DNA from: Pseudomonadota bacterium
Lineage (GTDB): Bacteria > Pseudomonadota > Gammaproteobacteria > Steroidobacterales > Steroidobacteraceae
Assembly: GCA_947454465.1 (NCBI GenBank)
Contig: CANGJP010000005.1
Span: 1,565-65,564 of the forward strand
Length of the DNA stretch: 64,000 bases
Reading direction: 5' to 3'
Shown: positions 1 through 11,600 of the stretch, piece after piece
How the letters are laid out: the number at the start of each line of letters is the position of its first letter
How positions within the stretch are numbered: position 1 is the first letter of the stretch
The notes under the pieces: model-generated
Told to the model about the DNA's origin: nothing
The model's database searches: none
The model's input: only the letters and a program-made list of their open reading frames with translations
Program-made: the position numbers and the translations under genes

Positions 1-2354
1 AAGTCGCTACCGCTCAAGGCCGCGCGCGTACTGTCAATGTTGAAGTTCGCACCAAGAAAACATATCTAAATCGCAGCTTGTTGGAAGAGCAGGACAAAGC
101 TCCTGCAACTGAGGAACCACCGAAGGCGGAAATCGAACCGGTGTCAGTGCCGGAACCGGTTGTAATTGAAGAGCCGCCTGTTCAGTTGACTGAAGAGGAG
201 CTGGAAGCCGCGCGGCTTGAAGCGGAACGCATTGAGCGTGAGCGCAGGGAAGCCGAATTGCGTTTGATGATTCTTGCTGAAACCAGTCAGCTTGCCGAGG
301 TAGAGAGTCAGCGTATTGCTGAAGAGCGTGCTCGACTGGAAGCGCAGCGTCGTCAACAGGAGTTGGCAGAGGCGGCGGCCCGTGAACTGCGTGAGGCCAA
401 AGCAGCCAAGGCCACCAAGGAGCGTGGTAAGCCTGAAGGAGGTTCTGGTCGTACCGAACTGCACATGTCTTCTGATGCCAGTGCCCGCTTTAAGAAGAAA
501 AAGCAGCAACAGCAGCAACAGTTGCAGAGCAATCGTTCGCGCAAAGCCGTGCAAGCGCCTGTGTCTGCTCAGCATGGCTTTGAGAAGCCCGTGGCACCGG
601 TCAAGCACGATGTGCAGATTCCTGAAACCATTACGGTCGGTGAATTAGCACAGCGTATGGCGATTAAGGCCACTGAAGTCATTAAAGTTATGATGAATAT
701 GGGTGTGTTGGCCACCATCAACCAGCCTATTGATCAGGATACGGCTGTGTTGGTCGTTGAAGAATTAGGCCATAACGCCATCGTACAAAAAGAAAGCGCG
801 ATGGATGATGAGTTGCACAGTGGTGAAGCTCATTATGAGTTGTTGCCACGCCCACCGGTGGTGACGGTGATGGGCCATGTTGATCACGGTAAAACGTCTC
901 TGCTTGATTATATTCGCCGCACCAAGGTTGCAGCGGGAGAAGCGGGTGGTATTACCCAGCACGTCGGTGCGTATCATGTGGATACGCCGAAGGGCATGAT
1001 TACTTTCCTTGATACGCCTGGCCATGCTGCATTTAGTGCGATGCGTGCTCGCGGTGCGCAAGTGACGGACGTGGTAATTCTGGTGGTCGCCGCGGATGAT
1101 GGCGTGATGCCGCAAACGATCGAAGCCATTGAGCATTCTCGTGCTGCAGAAGTACCAATCGTGGTCGCGATCACCAAAGTAGATAAACCGGAAGCTGATC
1201 CCGATCGCATCAAGAACGAACTGGTTAAGCATGGCGTCATTCCTGAAGAGTGGGGTGGCGATACCATGTTTGTGAATGTATCGGCACGTGCTGGTACGGG
1301 TATTGACCAATTGCTGGAAACCATCCTGTTACAAGCCGAAGTGTTAGAGCTCAAAGCTGCGCAGGAAGGTATGGCTGCCGGTGTGGTCATCGAATCTTGG
1401 ATTGAAAAAGGTCGCGGTGCAGTTGCTACGATTTTGATTAAGCGCGGCACCTTGAAGTCGGGTGATCCGATTATTGCCGGTCAGGAATTTGGTCGTGTGC
1501 GTGCGATGTTCGATGAGTCAGGTAAGCAACTGAATGCTGCCGGTCCTTCTATGCCGGTGGTGGTATTGGGGCTGTCGGGTGCTCCGCATGCCGGTGATGA
1601 TCTGTTGGTACTTGAAAGCGAGCGTAAAGTTCGTGAAGTGGCGCTATATCGTCAAGGTAAGTTCCGCGATACCAAACTGGCTAAGGCCGCTAGCGCTAAC
1701 AAGCTTGAAGATATCTTCTCGCAAACTGGCGATAGTAAGTCTGCCGTGGTGGCGGTCATTATTAAGGCCGATGTTCAGGGTAGTGCCGAAGCTCTGCGTG
1801 ATGCACTGTTACAAATTTCAACCACTGAAGTCACGGTTAAGGTGCTGTCGAGCAGCGTGGGTGGAATTACCGGCTCCGATGTTTCGTTAGCCGCTACCTC
1901 TAATGCAATGATCATTGGCTTTAATGTGCGTGCCGATAGTGCGGCACGTACCGCCATTAAGGATGCCAATGTTGATGTGCGTTACTACAGCATCATTTAC
2001 GAAGCCATCGATTACGTGAAGCAATTGGCCTCTGGGTTGCTGGCGCCAGAAATCAAGGAAACCATCGTGGGTCTGGCTGAGGTGCGCGATGTATTCCGCT
2101 CCAGTAAGTTGGGTACGATTGCTGGTTGTATCGTGACCGAAGGTTACGTGAAGCGAAACAATCCAATTCGCGTGCTGCGTAACAACGTGGTGATTTTTGA
2201 AGGCGGCTTGGAGTCTCTGCGTCGCTTCAAGGATGACGTTAACGAAGTACGTTCAGGTACTGAATGCGGTATCGGCGTGAAGAGTTACGATGACGTTCAA
2301 GTGGGCGATCAGATTGAATGTTATCTGCGCACTGAAGTTGCACGTAGCGTCTAG
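1..2354 (+). CDS. infB: translation initiation factor IF-2 (5' end cut by window edge)
   Basis: Frame stays open from nt 3 ([21 protein letters not shown]...) upstream of the ORF-track TTG at 78. GTPase motifs [22 protein letters not shown]. Followed by rbfA-truB-rpsO-pnp as in the classical operon. Confidence 0.95.
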   Translation, partial: VATAQGRARTVNVEVRTKKTYLNRSLLEEQDKAPATEEPPKAEIEPVSVPEPVVIEEPPVQLTEEELEAARLEAERIERERREAELRLMILAETSQLAEVESQRIAEERARLEAQRRQQELAEAAARELREAKAAKATKERGKPEGGSGRTELHMSSDASARFKKKKQQQQQQLQSNRSRKAVQAPVSAQHGFEKPVAPVKHDVQIPETITVGELAQRMAIKATEVIKVMMNMGVLATINQPIDQDTAVLVVEELGHNAIVQKESAMDDELHSGEAHYELLPRPPVVTVMGHVDHGKTSLLDYIRRTKVAAGEAGGITQHVGAYHVDTPKGMITFLDTPGHAAFSAMRARGAQVTDVVILVVAADDGVMPQTIEAIEHSRAAEVPIVVAITKVDKPEADPDRIKNELVKHGVIPEEWGGDTMFVNVSARAGTGIDQLLETILLQAEVLELKAAQEGMAAGVVIESWIEKGRGAVATILIKRGTLKSGDPIIAGQEFGRVRAMFDESGKQLNAAGPSMPVVVLGLSGAPHAGDDLLVLESERKVREVALYRQGKFRDTKLAKAASANKLEDIFSQTGDSKSAVVAVIIKADVQGSAEALRDALLQISTTEVTVKVLSSSVGGITGSDVSLAATSNAMIIGFNVRADSAARTAIKDANVDVRYYSIIYEAIDYVKQLASGLLAPEIKETIVGLAEVRDVFRSSKLGTIAGCIVTEGYVKRNNPIRVLRNNVVIFEGGLESLRRFKDDVNEVRSGTECGIGVKSYDDVQVGDQIECYLRTEVARSV

Positions 2355-2372
2355 TGGTTCATTAAGGTCAGT

Positions 2373-2780
2373 ATGGCTAATGCATTCCCCCGCAGTCGTC
2401 GTGTCGCTGAACAGATTCAGCGTGTATTGAGTGAACTGATACGTCGTGAGTTGCGTGATCCGCGCTTAGGGCCGGTGACGATTGTTGATGTGCAGGTCAG
2501 TAAGGATTTGTCGCATGCCAAGGTCTTTTATTCCATCCTTGGTGGCAATAAAGATCCCAAGTTGACTGAAGAGATCATGCGCGATGGTGCTAAATTACTG
2601 CGCGGGCCGTTAGGGCGTGCATTGAGTTTGCGGCATGCACCCCAGTTGACGTTTGTGGCCGATGAGTTAATCGAATATGGAACGCAGTTAAGTTCAATGA
2701 TCAGCGCCGCAGTGAAAAGTGATAGTGAGCGTCACGTCGATGACGTCTCGGATGCTGACATGCCAGACAAAGCGGAGTGA
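2373..2780 (+). CDS. rbfA: ribosome-binding factor A
   Basis: 135-aa ORF starting MANAFPRSRRVAEQIQRVLSELI..., typical RbfA N-terminus. Conserved position after infB. Confidence 0.93.
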   Translation: MANAFPRSRRVAEQIQRVLSELIRRELRDPRLGPVTIVDVQVSKDLSHAKVFYSILGGNKDPKLTEEIMRDGAKLLRGPLGRALSLRHAPQLTFVADELIEYGTQLSSMISAAVKSDSERHVDDVSDADMPDKAE

Positions 2781-2851
2781 TGACTGGAAGGTTCATAGAG
2801 TTGAACCGGTGTTATTCATTATCTACTTCATTGCAGTTATTCAGTCAGTAG

Positions 2852-3787
2852 ATGAATCAATCTCGTCCTAAGCGATTCGATCGTCATGTCGATGGCATTT
2901 TGTTGCTGGATAAGCCGCAAGGCCTATCTAGTAATGCGGTGTTACAACATGCGCGTGGTTTATTTCGTGCCTTGAAAGCAGGGCATGCCGGTAGTCTTGA
3001 CCCGTTGGCTACTGGGATGTTGCCTATTTGTTTTGGGCAGGCGACCAAAGTGTGTGGATATCTGCTGAATTCATCTAAAACTTACCGTGTCATCGCGCAG
3101 TTGGGTAGCAAAACTGATTCGGGTGACGCTGACGGGGTGGTGGTAGAGCAACAGCCCGTGCCATTGATATCACCGCAGCAGATTGGGCAGGTGCTGACTT
3201 CATTCTTAGGATCGCAGAAGCAGGTGCCACCCATGTATTCGGCATTGAAACATGAAGGGCGGCGACTCTACGAGTTGGCGCGTAGCGGTGAAACGATTGC
3301 GCGCGTGCCGCGCGATATCGTGATCGAACGGATGACTTTGCTGCGGTTCGAACCTACGCAGATCGAATTTGAAGTGAGGTGTTCAAAAGGCACCTATGTC
3401 CGTTCGCTGGTGGAGGACTTGGCGCAGCGGCTCGGTACCTTGGCGCATGTCACCTTGTTGCGGCGCCTGCAGGTCGATCCGTTTGATGCGACCCGCATGG
3501 TGTCCGTGGAGCAATTGGCTGACCTGTCCTTAGAGGAGCGTGATGTCCTGCTTCAGCCTGCCGACATCGCACTACAGTCGATGCCCCTGCTGGCGCTAAA
3601 CGCCGCACAGGAAGTGGATTTGTTTCATGGCAAGGTTCTGAGCGGATTTTCGACTCTTGCGGCGACGTTGTTGCGAGCCTACGGACCCCAAGACCGGTTT
3701 TTGGGGGTGGTGCGTTCGGATGGCGAGGGGCTCGTTCGGGCAGAACGCCTGTTTGTCCCTGCTGGGAGTGGGGGGGCGGACAGTTAG
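2852..3787 (+). CDS. truB: tRNA pseudouridine(55) synthase
   Basis: GILLLDKPQGLSSN and catalytic-Asp motif GHAGSLDPLATG. Synteny rbfA-truB-rpsO. Confidence 0.94.
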   Translation: MNQSRPKRFDRHVDGILLLDKPQGLSSNAVLQHARGLFRALKAGHAGSLDPLATGMLPICFGQATKVCGYLLNSSKTYRVIAQLGSKTDSGDADGVVVEQQPVPLISPQQIGQVLTSFLGSQKQVPPMYSALKHEGRRLYELARSGETIARVPRDIVIERMTLLRFEPTQIEFEVRCSKGTYVRSLVEDLAQRLGTLAHVTLLRRLQVDPFDATRMVSVEQLADLSLEERDVLLQPADIALQSMPLLALNAAQEVDLFHGKVLSGFSTLAATLLRAYGPQDRFLGVVRSDGEGLVRAERLFVPAGSGGADS

Positions 3788-3812
3788 GTGGCGGATTTTG
3801 CTTGAGCTTGGG

Positions 3813-3838
3813 GGGCGCGCGACATAGAATGCGCGCCC
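3813..3838 (+). terminator. GC-rich hairpin between truB and rpsO (possible attenuating terminator or rpsO leader element)
   Basis: GGGCGCGC (3813-3820) / 10-nt loop / GCGCGCCC (3831-3838). Only a weak T tract follows. Confidence 0.35.
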
Positions 3839-3902
3839 AGTTTCAAAGTCATGGTTATGGCTGCCGACGTGCAGCGCATTTCGAAGTAACGAGGTTGAGC
3901 AG

Positions 3903-4169
3903 ATGTTGTCGAGCGAGCAGAAGAGCAGTGTCCTTAAAGATTTCAGTCGCGGTCCTGCTGATACCGGTTCACCTGAAGTACAGGTTGCCTTGCTGTCCGC
4001 TCGTATTAATGGCTTGAGTGAACACTTCGCCAGCCACAAATCGGATCATGCATCACGTCGTGGCTTGCTGAAGATGGTGAATCAGCGTCGCAAATTGCTG
4101 GACTATCTCAAAAGCCGCACGCCTGAGCGTTATCAGGAAATCATCAGTCGTCTCGGTCTGAGACGCTAA
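3903..4169 (+). CDS. rpsO: 30S ribosomal protein S15
   Basis: 88 aa. ...[23 protein letters not shown]...[22 protein letters not shown]... is near-collinear with E. coli S15. Confidence 0.97.
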   Translation: MLSSEQKSSVLKDFSRGPADTGSPEVQVALLSARINGLSEHFASHKSDHASRRGLLKMVNQRRKLLDYLKSRTPERYQEIISRLGLRR

Positions 4170-4183
4170 CCGAATCGATCTCT

Positions 4184-4220
4184 ACGGGCTGCCTCTGCAT
4201 ATAGTGGCAGCCCGTTTTTC
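4184..4220 (+). terminator. rho-independent terminator / pnp leader hairpin after rpsO
   Basis: ACGGGCTGCC (4184-4193) / 12-nt loop / GGCAGCCCGT (4206-4215) followed by TTTTT. Confidence 0.8.
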
Positions 4221-4277
4221 ATTTATGCAGAAACTCTTCTGCACATTCTTTAAGTCATAAAGCGGCAGGAAATAATC

Positions 4278-6362
4278 GTGAGTCTAGTTAAAAAGAGTTT
4301 TCAATACGGTGGTCAGGTAGTGACGCTTGAAACGGGTGAAATGGCCCGGCAGGCTGATGGTGCCGTGTTGGTCACCATGGGTGAGACGGCAGTATTAGTG
4401 ACCGCGGTTGCCAAGAAGCAGGCCGATCCTAATAAGGATTTCTTCCCTCTGACGATTAACTACGTTGAAAAAACCTATGCAGCTGGTCGTATTCCTGGTG
4501 GTTTCTTCAAGCGTGAAGGCCGTCCAACTGAGAAAGAAACTCTGACTGCTCGTTTGATCGACCGTCCTCTACGTCCGCTCTTTCCTGAGCATTTCTTCAA
4601 TGAGATTCAGGTTGTGGCCACCGTGGTTTCTGTTAACAAGGACATCGATCCGGATATCGCCTCCATGCTGGGTGCTTCGGCTGCTTTGGCTATTTCCGGT
4701 GTGCCGTTCCAAGGACCGATTGGTGCCGCCAAAGTTGGTTACAAAGATGGGCAATACATTCTCAATCCAACGGCTTCACAGTTGAAAGAGTCCAAGTTGG
4801 ACTTAGTGGTTGCAGGTACGGCGCAGGCGGTATTGATGGTGGAATCAGAAGCCAACTGCTTGTCTGAAGAAGTAATGCTCGGTGCCGTGGTCTTTGGTCA
4901 TGAGCAAATGCAGGTGGCCATCAATGCCATTAACGAATTGAAGGCAGAGGCAGGTAAGCCGGCGTGGGATTGGCAGGCCCCTGCAGCTAACACCGCACTT
5001 GAATCCGCAGTGTCTGCTCAGGCGCATGCAGCGTTCACTGAGGCTTATCAAATCACTGAAAAGCAGGCGCGCTATACCCGCGTTGGCGAAATCAAGAAGG
5101 CAGCTGTCGAAGCGTTGACTTCTGGCGATGCCCCGCAGTTTGCTGCGGCTGAAGTAGGCAAAGAATTAGCCAATCTGGAATACAAGATTGTGCGTGAGCG
5201 AATCCTGTCAGGCGCACCTCGCATTGATGGACGCGATACTAAGACCGTACGTCCTATCACTATACGTACTGGTGTGCTGCCACGTACTCATGGTTCAGCG
5301 TTGTTCACCCGTGGTGAAACTCAGGCACTGGTCGTCACGACATTGGGCACTGGAAAAGATGCACAGTTGATTGATGCCATAACCGGCGAACGTAAAGAGC
5401 CGTTCATGTTGCATTATAACTTCCCTCCGTTCAGTGTCGGTGAAACCGGCATGATCGGCTCACCAAAGCGTCGTGAAATTGGTCACGGTAATCTGGCGCG
5501 TCGCGGTATTAGTGCCGTGTTGCCGGACATGGAAAAGTTTCCGTATGTCATCCGTATCGTGTCAGAAATTCTCGAATCAAATGGTTCCAGTTCGATGGCC
5601 TCTGTGTGCGGCAGCAGCTTGGCATTGATGGATGCGGGTGTGCCCCTGAAGGCACCGGTAGCCGGTGTTGCCATGGGCCTGGTGAAAGAAGGCGATCGCT
5701 TCTCGGTGTTGACCGATATTCTCGGTGATGAAGATCATCTCGGTGATATGGATTTCAAGGTGGCGGGTACGGCGGATGGCGTGACCGCGCTGCAAATGGA
5801 TATCAAAATTAACGGTATCACCAAAGAAATTATGGACGTGGCTTTGACTCAGGCCAAGGCCGGTCGCTTGCACATTTTGGATGAAATGAACAAGGTATTG
5901 TCCGCTTCACGTGCCAGCATGTCCGAATGGGCGCCAAGCATCATCACCATCAAGATTGATCCAGAAAAGATCCGCGAAGTCATTGGTAAGGGCGGTGCGG
6001 TAATTCGTGCTATTACTGAAGAAACTGGCACCAGTATCGACATCGACAATGACGGTACCGTGAAGATTGCGTCGGTTGATGGCATGGCAGGTAAAGAAGC
6101 TCAACGTCGTATCGAATTGATTACAGCAGATGTTGAAGTAGGCCGTGTGTATGAGGGTAAGGTGGTTCGCTTGATGGACTTCGGTGCCTTCGTTAGTATT
6201 TTGCCGGGCAAAGATGGTTTGGTGCACATTTCGCAAATTAGCAATGAGCGTGTCGAGAAAGTCAGCGACAAACTCAATGAAGGCGATGTAGTGCGTGTGA
6301 AGGTGTTGGAAGTGGATCGTCAAGGTCGCGTGCGTCTATCCATGCGCGATGTTGATGCTTAA
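4278..6362 (+). CDS. pnp: polyribonucleotide nucleotidyltransferase (PNPase)
   Basis: 694 aa, GTG start. Two RNase PH-like halves ([10 protein letters not shown]), then C-terminal KH and S1 domains ([15 protein letters not shown]). Confidence 0.97.
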   Translation: MSLVKKSFQYGGQVVTLETGEMARQADGAVLVTMGETAVLVTAVAKKQADPNKDFFPLTINYVEKTYAAGRIPGGFFKREGRPTEKETLTARLIDRPLRPLFPEHFFNEIQVVATVVSVNKDIDPDIASMLGASAALAISGVPFQGPIGAAKVGYKDGQYILNPTASQLKESKLDLVVAGTAQAVLMVESEANCLSEEVMLGAVVFGHEQMQVAINAINELKAEAGKPAWDWQAPAANTALESAVSAQAHAAFTEAYQITEKQARYTRVGEIKKAAVEALTSGDAPQFAAAEVGKELANLEYKIVRERILSGAPRIDGRDTKTVRPITIRTGVLPRTHGSALFTRGETQALVVTTLGTGKDAQLIDAITGERKEPFMLHYNFPPFSVGETGMIGSPKRREIGHGNLARRGISAVLPDMEKFPYVIRIVSEILESNGSSSMASVCGSSLALMDAGVPLKAPVAGVAMGLVKEGDRFSVLTDILGDEDHLGDMDFKVAGTADGVTALQMDIKINGITKEIMDVALTQAKAGRLHILDEMNKVLSASRASMSEWAPSIITIKIDPEKIREVIGKGGAVIRAITEETGTSIDIDNDGTVKIASVDGMAGKEAQRRIELITADVEVGRVYEGKVVRLMDFGAFVSILPGKDGLVHISQISNERVEKVSDKLNEGDVVRVKVLEVDRQGRVRLSMRDVDA

Positions 6363-6407
6363 TCACCTATAAGCGGCGAGTCACTTCGCCAAACTGTAAA
6401 GTTGAAA

Positions 6408-6443
6408 AACGCCGTGCGATGTAAATCGTGCGGCGTTTTTTTA
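6408..6443 (+). terminator. rho-independent terminator after pnp (may act bidirectionally toward gluQ)
   Basis: AACGCCGTGCGA (6408-6419) / 6-nt loop / TCGTGCGGCGTT (6426-6437). The 12-bp stem includes two G.U pairs and is followed by a T run. Confidence 0.8.
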
Positions 6444-6488
6444 TAGATGGTGATGTGATTAGGCCATGTGTTTTATTTATAGCGATGT

Positions 6489-7418
6489 TTAGTTCGTGGA
6501 CTTGCCTTCAGTGTTGTCGTCGCGGTGAACAATCTGCCTTATCTGTCTTAAGGCATTGGGATTCCAGTGCTCAATGGCCCACTGCCACAGTGTATTTAGA
6601 GTGGCAGTCTGTAATGCTGGCGGTGGACATTGCAGTAGTAAGGACAATACGTGCCACAGGGTGGGGCCAGTTCGTGTGTTATCAACCGACGTGGCGGCAG
6701 TGGATTTACTCAATTTATGGCCGGTTGCATCTGTGACGACAGGCAGGTGCAGGTAAGTCGGTGTGGGTAAATGTAAAGCGTGTTGCAGGGCAATTTGGCG
6801 TGGCGTGTTACTCAATAGGTCGATGCCCCGCACTACTTCGGTGATGCCCTGTGCGGCATCATCCACGACCACCGCAAGTTGATAGGCAAACCAGCCGTCA
6901 CGTCGTTTGATCACGAAGTCGCCAATGCTATCGGCTAGGTTCAAGCACTGCATGCCTTGTAATGCATCGGTGAAGCAGATGGGTTGCGCGGGTACACGAA
7001 ATCGCCATGCGAATGGACCTTGTGCATGCATGGGGCCATGACGGCACAAGCCTGGGTAGCGTAATTCATCGTGATCGCGTAGATCACTACGTTGTAGTGC
7101 CTGTAATTCACTTCGGGTACAGCTGCAGGGGTAGCTTTGCTGCTGGTCAATTAAGAATTGCAGTGCCTGTTCATACGCTTCAGTCCGTTGGCTCTGGAAG
7201 ATAATTGGCTCATCCCAGGTCAAGCCGAATGCTTCCAGTGTTCGCTGAATATGATCGGCAGAACCAGGTACGGTGCGAGGGAGGTCTAGGTCTTCAATGC
7301 GCAGTAACCACTGTCCCTGCGCCTTGCGTGCTTGCAGATAACTAAAGGTAGCCGCGACTAGCGATCCGAGGTGAAGCGGGCCTGTCGGTGACGGGGCAAA
7401 GCGTCCACGATAAGTCAT
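6489..7418 (-). CDS. gluQ: glutamyl-Q tRNA(Asp) synthetase
   Basis: MTYRGRFAPSPTGPLHLGSL (HIGH-type motif). LSKS motif in HKLSKSTAA. Lies downstream of dksA as in E. coli dksA-yadB. Confidence 0.93.
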   Translation of the reverse strand: MTYRGRFAPSPTGPLHLGSLVAATFSYLQARKAQGQWLLRIEDLDLPRTVPGSADHIQRTLEAFGLTWDEPIIFQSQRTEAYEQALQFLIDQQQSYPCSCTRSELQALQRSDLRDHDELRYPGLCRHGPMHAQGPFAWRFRVPAQPICFTDALQGMQCLNLADSIGDFVIKRRDGWFAYQLAVVVDDAAQGITEVVRGIDLLSNTPRQIALQHALHLPTPTYLHLPVVTDATGHKLSKSTAATSVDNTRTGPTLWHVLSLLLQCPPPALQTATLNTLWQWAIEHWNPNALRQIRQIVHRDDNTEGKSTN

Positions 7419-7491
7419 GGTGGGTACGCACCAGCGGCATGAAGCAGACCACTGGGCAAGCCATTGACCTTGCCCAGTGCAACTTCAAGGC

Positions 7492-8502
7492 TTATCGGTA
7501 ACGGTCATCCCGGTCGCCGTATTGCCGTTCACGTCGTTCGCGTCGTTCCTGTGCTTCAACGCACAGCGTGGCAACCGGACGCGCTTCTAGACGCTTCACG
7601 CCGATTTCTTCACCGGTCTCTACACAGTAACCGTAGCTACCGTCTTCAATCCGGTTGAGGGCTTCTTCAATCTTGCGGATCAGTTTTCTTTCACGGTCGC
7701 GGGTGCGCAGCTCGAGACTGAATTCAGATTCTTGAGTGGCGCGATCGTTTGGATCGGGGAAGTTAGAGGCCTCGTCTTGCATGTGCATTACGGTGCGATC
7801 CACTTCCTGCATGAGGTCTTTTTTCCAAGACTGCAAAATAGTACGGAAGTGGTCCAACTGAGCCGAGTTCATGTAGTCCTCATCACGCTTCAGCTGGTAG
7901 GGCTGAACATTGCGAGGACCTGCTAGTAGGCTGAAGCTGCCGCTCATTTCGGCATCTTCGTCATTCATAGAAACTGCTTCTTTCATGGGTTTTGATGTAG
8001 AAGACTTCACTGCAACCGCCGTCCTAATGGGGGCTGACGGTGTAGCAGCTACGCCTTTCTTTGGTACTGCTACGGGCGTTGGGGTGGCAGTGGCTGGTGC
8101 CTTGGTTTTGGCAGCTTTACCACTGGATTTGTTCGTTACGGGCTGGGCAACCGGCGTCTCGGGAACGCTAGGTTGGGCCACTGCGACAGCTTTTTTAACT
8201 GTCTTGGTGGCGGGCTCGGCTGCTTTGGCCGGTTTCGTTACGGTTTTGACCGCGCTTTTGACGGGTTTTGCTACTGAGTTGGCTAGCACCTTAGCAATCG
8301 GTTTGGCTTTGGCGGCAGGTTTGACAGCAGCCTTGGCAGCCGGTTTGGTTGCGACCTTGATGACGGTTTTGTCAGCAGGCTTGGCTTTGCTTGCAGGTAT
8401 GGGTTTTTTCTTTGCAGCAGCGCTTTTGACAGCAACTGGCTTAGCGGCTTGTTTGTTAGTTTTTTCTGGTTTCTTCGCGGGCATTTTTTGTGCCTCCATC
8501 AT
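7492..8502 (-). CDS. dksA: RNA polymerase-binding transcription factor DksA with long Lys/Ala/Pro-rich N-terminal extension
   Basis: C-terminal ~150 aa collinear with E. coli DksA: EDYMNSAQLDHFRTIL, tip motif FPDPNDRATQE, EFSLELRTRDRERKLIRKIE, RLEARP. The first ~180 aa are an AKP/KPA-repeat low-complexity region. Confidence 0.9.
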   Translation of the reverse strand: MMEAQKMPAKKPEKTNKQAAKPVAVKSAAAKKKPIPASKAKPADKTVIKVATKPAAKAAVKPAAKAKPIAKVLANSVAKPVKSAVKTVTKPAKAAEPATKTVKKAVAVAQPSVPETPVAQPVTNKSSGKAAKTKAPATATPTPVAVPKKGVAATPSAPIRTAVAVKSSTSKPMKEAVSMNDEDAEMSGSFSLLAGPRNVQPYQLKRDEDYMNSAQLDHFRTILQSWKKDLMQEVDRTVMHMQDEASNFPDPNDRATQESEFSLELRTRDRERKLIRKIEEALNRIEDGSYGYCVETGEEIGVKRLEARPVATLCVEAQERRERRERQYGDRDDRYR

Positions 8503-8694
8503 GACTTGCTGGCCTAAGAGGTCGCGCGATCAAGTGGTCGATTATACATACAGGATGCCTGCCGTATAGTTGCTATTTGATAACAATTACGTACTAAATG
8601 CAGATCGCTTTGGGTAATATTTTTTTGGAGTCTGGGTGCTGCTTTCCCGTACACTACCAAGCCATCCAATTATGACTGCCGAACTCCAGCTGCA

Positions 8695-11600
8695 ATGCGC
8701 CTGAATAAAATAAAACTTGCGGGCTTTAAGTCCTTTGTTGATCCCACTACGGTCAATTTTCCGAGCAATTTGATCGGGGTTGTCGGCCCCAATGGTTGCG
8801 GTAAATCCAACATTATTGATGCCGTGCGTTGGGTGATGGGCGAAATTTCCGCCAAGAACTTGCGTGGCGAGTCCATGTCGGACGTGGTGTTTAACGGATC
8901 GGCTTCACGCAAACCAGTTGGCACGGCCTCCGTCGAGCTGGTGTTTGATAACAGCGACGGCAAATTGTCCGGTCAGTATGCCAGTTTCAGTGAAGTGTCG
9001 CTCAAACGAGTCGTGTCACGCGACGGCCAGTCAGCTTATTTTCTGAATGGCGCCCGTTGTCGTCGTAAGGACATTACCCAATTGTTCCTTGGTACCGGTT
9101 TAGGGGCGCGCAGTTACGCCATCATCGAACAGGGCATGATTTCGCGGGTGATTGAAGCCCGCCCCGAAGAATTGCGTGGCTTTATCGAAGAAGCTGCCGG
9201 CATTTCCAAATACAAAGAATTGCGTCGTGATACCGAAAATCGTATTTCGCACACCAAAGAAAATTTGGAACGCTTGAATGATTTGCGCGAAGAAGTCGAT
9301 AAGCAACTGAACCGTTTGCAGCGCCAAGCCGCCACGGCCCGTCGATATCAAAATCTGAAAGGCGAAGAGCGCGTTTATCAAGCGCAATTGCTTGCCATGA
9401 AGTTGCGACAGATTGGCGAAGATCTGCAAGTCCGTGAACATCTACTGTTGCAACGTGATACGGCGATGCAGGCGGTAATTGCCGAACTTCGTAGCCACGA
9501 AGCACAACTCGAAACGGGTCGTGAAGAGTTGCGGACCAAGTCAGATGAATTGTCGGTGGTACAGGGTCGTCACTATGGCTTGAGTGCAGACATTGGTCGT
9601 GTCGAGCAATCCATTCAGCATGCCCGTGAATTGCGCCAGCGTCAGAATACTGATTTACAACAGACCGAACGTAATTACAGTGAGTTGTCTGAGCATTCCA
9701 AGCGCGACACTCAGCAAATTCAGCAACTGCAAGATGAAGTGACGCAGTTAGAGCCGTTATTAGAAGCTTCTCGTTTACGTGAGTCGGCTGCCGCTGAAGC
9801 GTTGGAGCATGCGGACTTAGCCATGCAGGCGTGGCAGGAAGATTGGAATGAATTCAATGTGCAGGCGCGTGATGCCAGTGAAAAAGCACAGGTTGAACGT
9901 GCCCGTATTGAACAATTGGAAAACCAGTTACGTCGTCTAACGGCTCAGCGTGAGCGTACCTTGGCAGAGATCGATAATTTATCGATCGACGAATTTGCTC
10001 AGCGTATCGAAACCATGTTGCAACAAGATATGGTCGGTAGTGAGCGTTTGGAACATCTTGAAACACAGGTGCAGGACGTGGTCGGTGGCGTCGAGCAGTT
10101 GCGCGTCCGTCAGCGTGAGTTGGTAGCGGCTAGCGACGTCAGTCATCGAGAGTTGCAGCAGGCGCAAGGTCGCTTGGTGTCACTTGAAGCTTTGCAGAAA
10201 GCTGCACTGGGTCAGGCTCAAGGTAAGGTGGCCGACTGGTTGTCAGTTCATTCATTGGGGAACCGTCCCCGTTTGGCACAGCAATTACAGGTTAGCAATG
10301 GCTGGGATCGTGCCGTTGAAACCGTGCTGGGTGCCTATTTGGAAGCGGTGTGTGTTGATCAGTTGGATGATGTTGCCGGCGTGCTGACGACATTGTCTGC
10401 CGGTACCGTCAGCTTTTTGTCTCAATCTCAAGTCAGTACCAGCAGTGCCAGCGCTGAACTCTTGCTGGCACATGTGAAAGGCCCTGCGGGACTGACCTCA
10501 CTGTTGCATGGCGTGCATGTCGTGACCGAATTGGCGGATGCATTGGCAATGCGTGGCCGCTTGCAAGCCGGTGAATCGGTGATCACGCGCGATGGAGTGT
10601 GGATTGGACGTGATTGGCTGCGTGTCAGTCGCGATCAAGATGCTCATGCTGGGGTCTTGGCTCGTGAGCAGGAATTACGTGCATTACGCGATAGTCTGCA
10701 AACCCTTGAACGCACTCATGCTGAATTACAGGCGGAAACCTTACAGGTTCGCAATGCGTTGACCGATCTGGAAGCACAGCGTGACAACGTCATGCAAGAG
10801 CGTAACCAACTGCATCGCAGTAACAGTGAATTGAAAGCACAGCTTAGTGGTTTGCAGTTGCGGGTGGAACAGTCCCGCGAGCGTCACGTGAAGTTGCAAT
10901 CGGAAGCCGAAGAGTTGTCTATCGAGTTGGCGCGTGCTGATGAAGAAATCAGTACGGCCCGTGGTCGTCTGCAATCGGCAGTTGATGAGATGGAGTTGCA
11001 TGAACAAGAGCGGCAACAACTGGATCAACGTCGAGATGCATTGCGTAGCGAATTATCAGTAGCGCGTGGTCGTGCTCACGATGAACGCGCTGAAGCGCAG
11101 CAACATGCTATTTCGTTGGAGTCGAAGCGTTCAGCCTTGGGTTCGATCATTGCAGGGTTGGATCGTATTGAGTCGCAGTTGCTGCAATTGCAAGAACGTC
11201 GCGAATTGTTACAGGCGCAATTGCTTGAAGGTGAAATGCCGCTGGCACAGTTTGATGAGCAGTTGGCTGAGCTCTTAGAACGTCGTATCACACTGGATGA
11301 AGAACTCACTGCAGCGCGTGAAGCGGTCGAGACGGTTGAGCAAGCTATCCGTGCGATGGATGAAGCACGCATGACCACCGAGCGACGTGTTGAAGAAGCG
11401 CGTCAGCAACTTGATGAAGTGCGTATGAGTTTGCAAGAAAACAAAGTGCGCTTAGAGACGCTGCAAGAACAGTTTGCTGCTACGCAGTTCATACTCGAAG
11501 AGGTGCTATCACAACTGCCCCCCGAGTCCACTATTGCGGCATGGGAAGCGGAACTGGCGGAAATTTCCGGCAAGATTGAACGTCTTGGTCAGGTCAATCT

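Noticed and set aside
7910-8569. 219-aa plus-strand ORF (Ala/Leu/Gly/Thr-rich)
   Set aside because: It is the antisense shadow of the Lys/Ala/Pro repeat region of dksA. Low-complexity GC-skewed repeats keep the opposite strand open, and there is no independent start or SD support.
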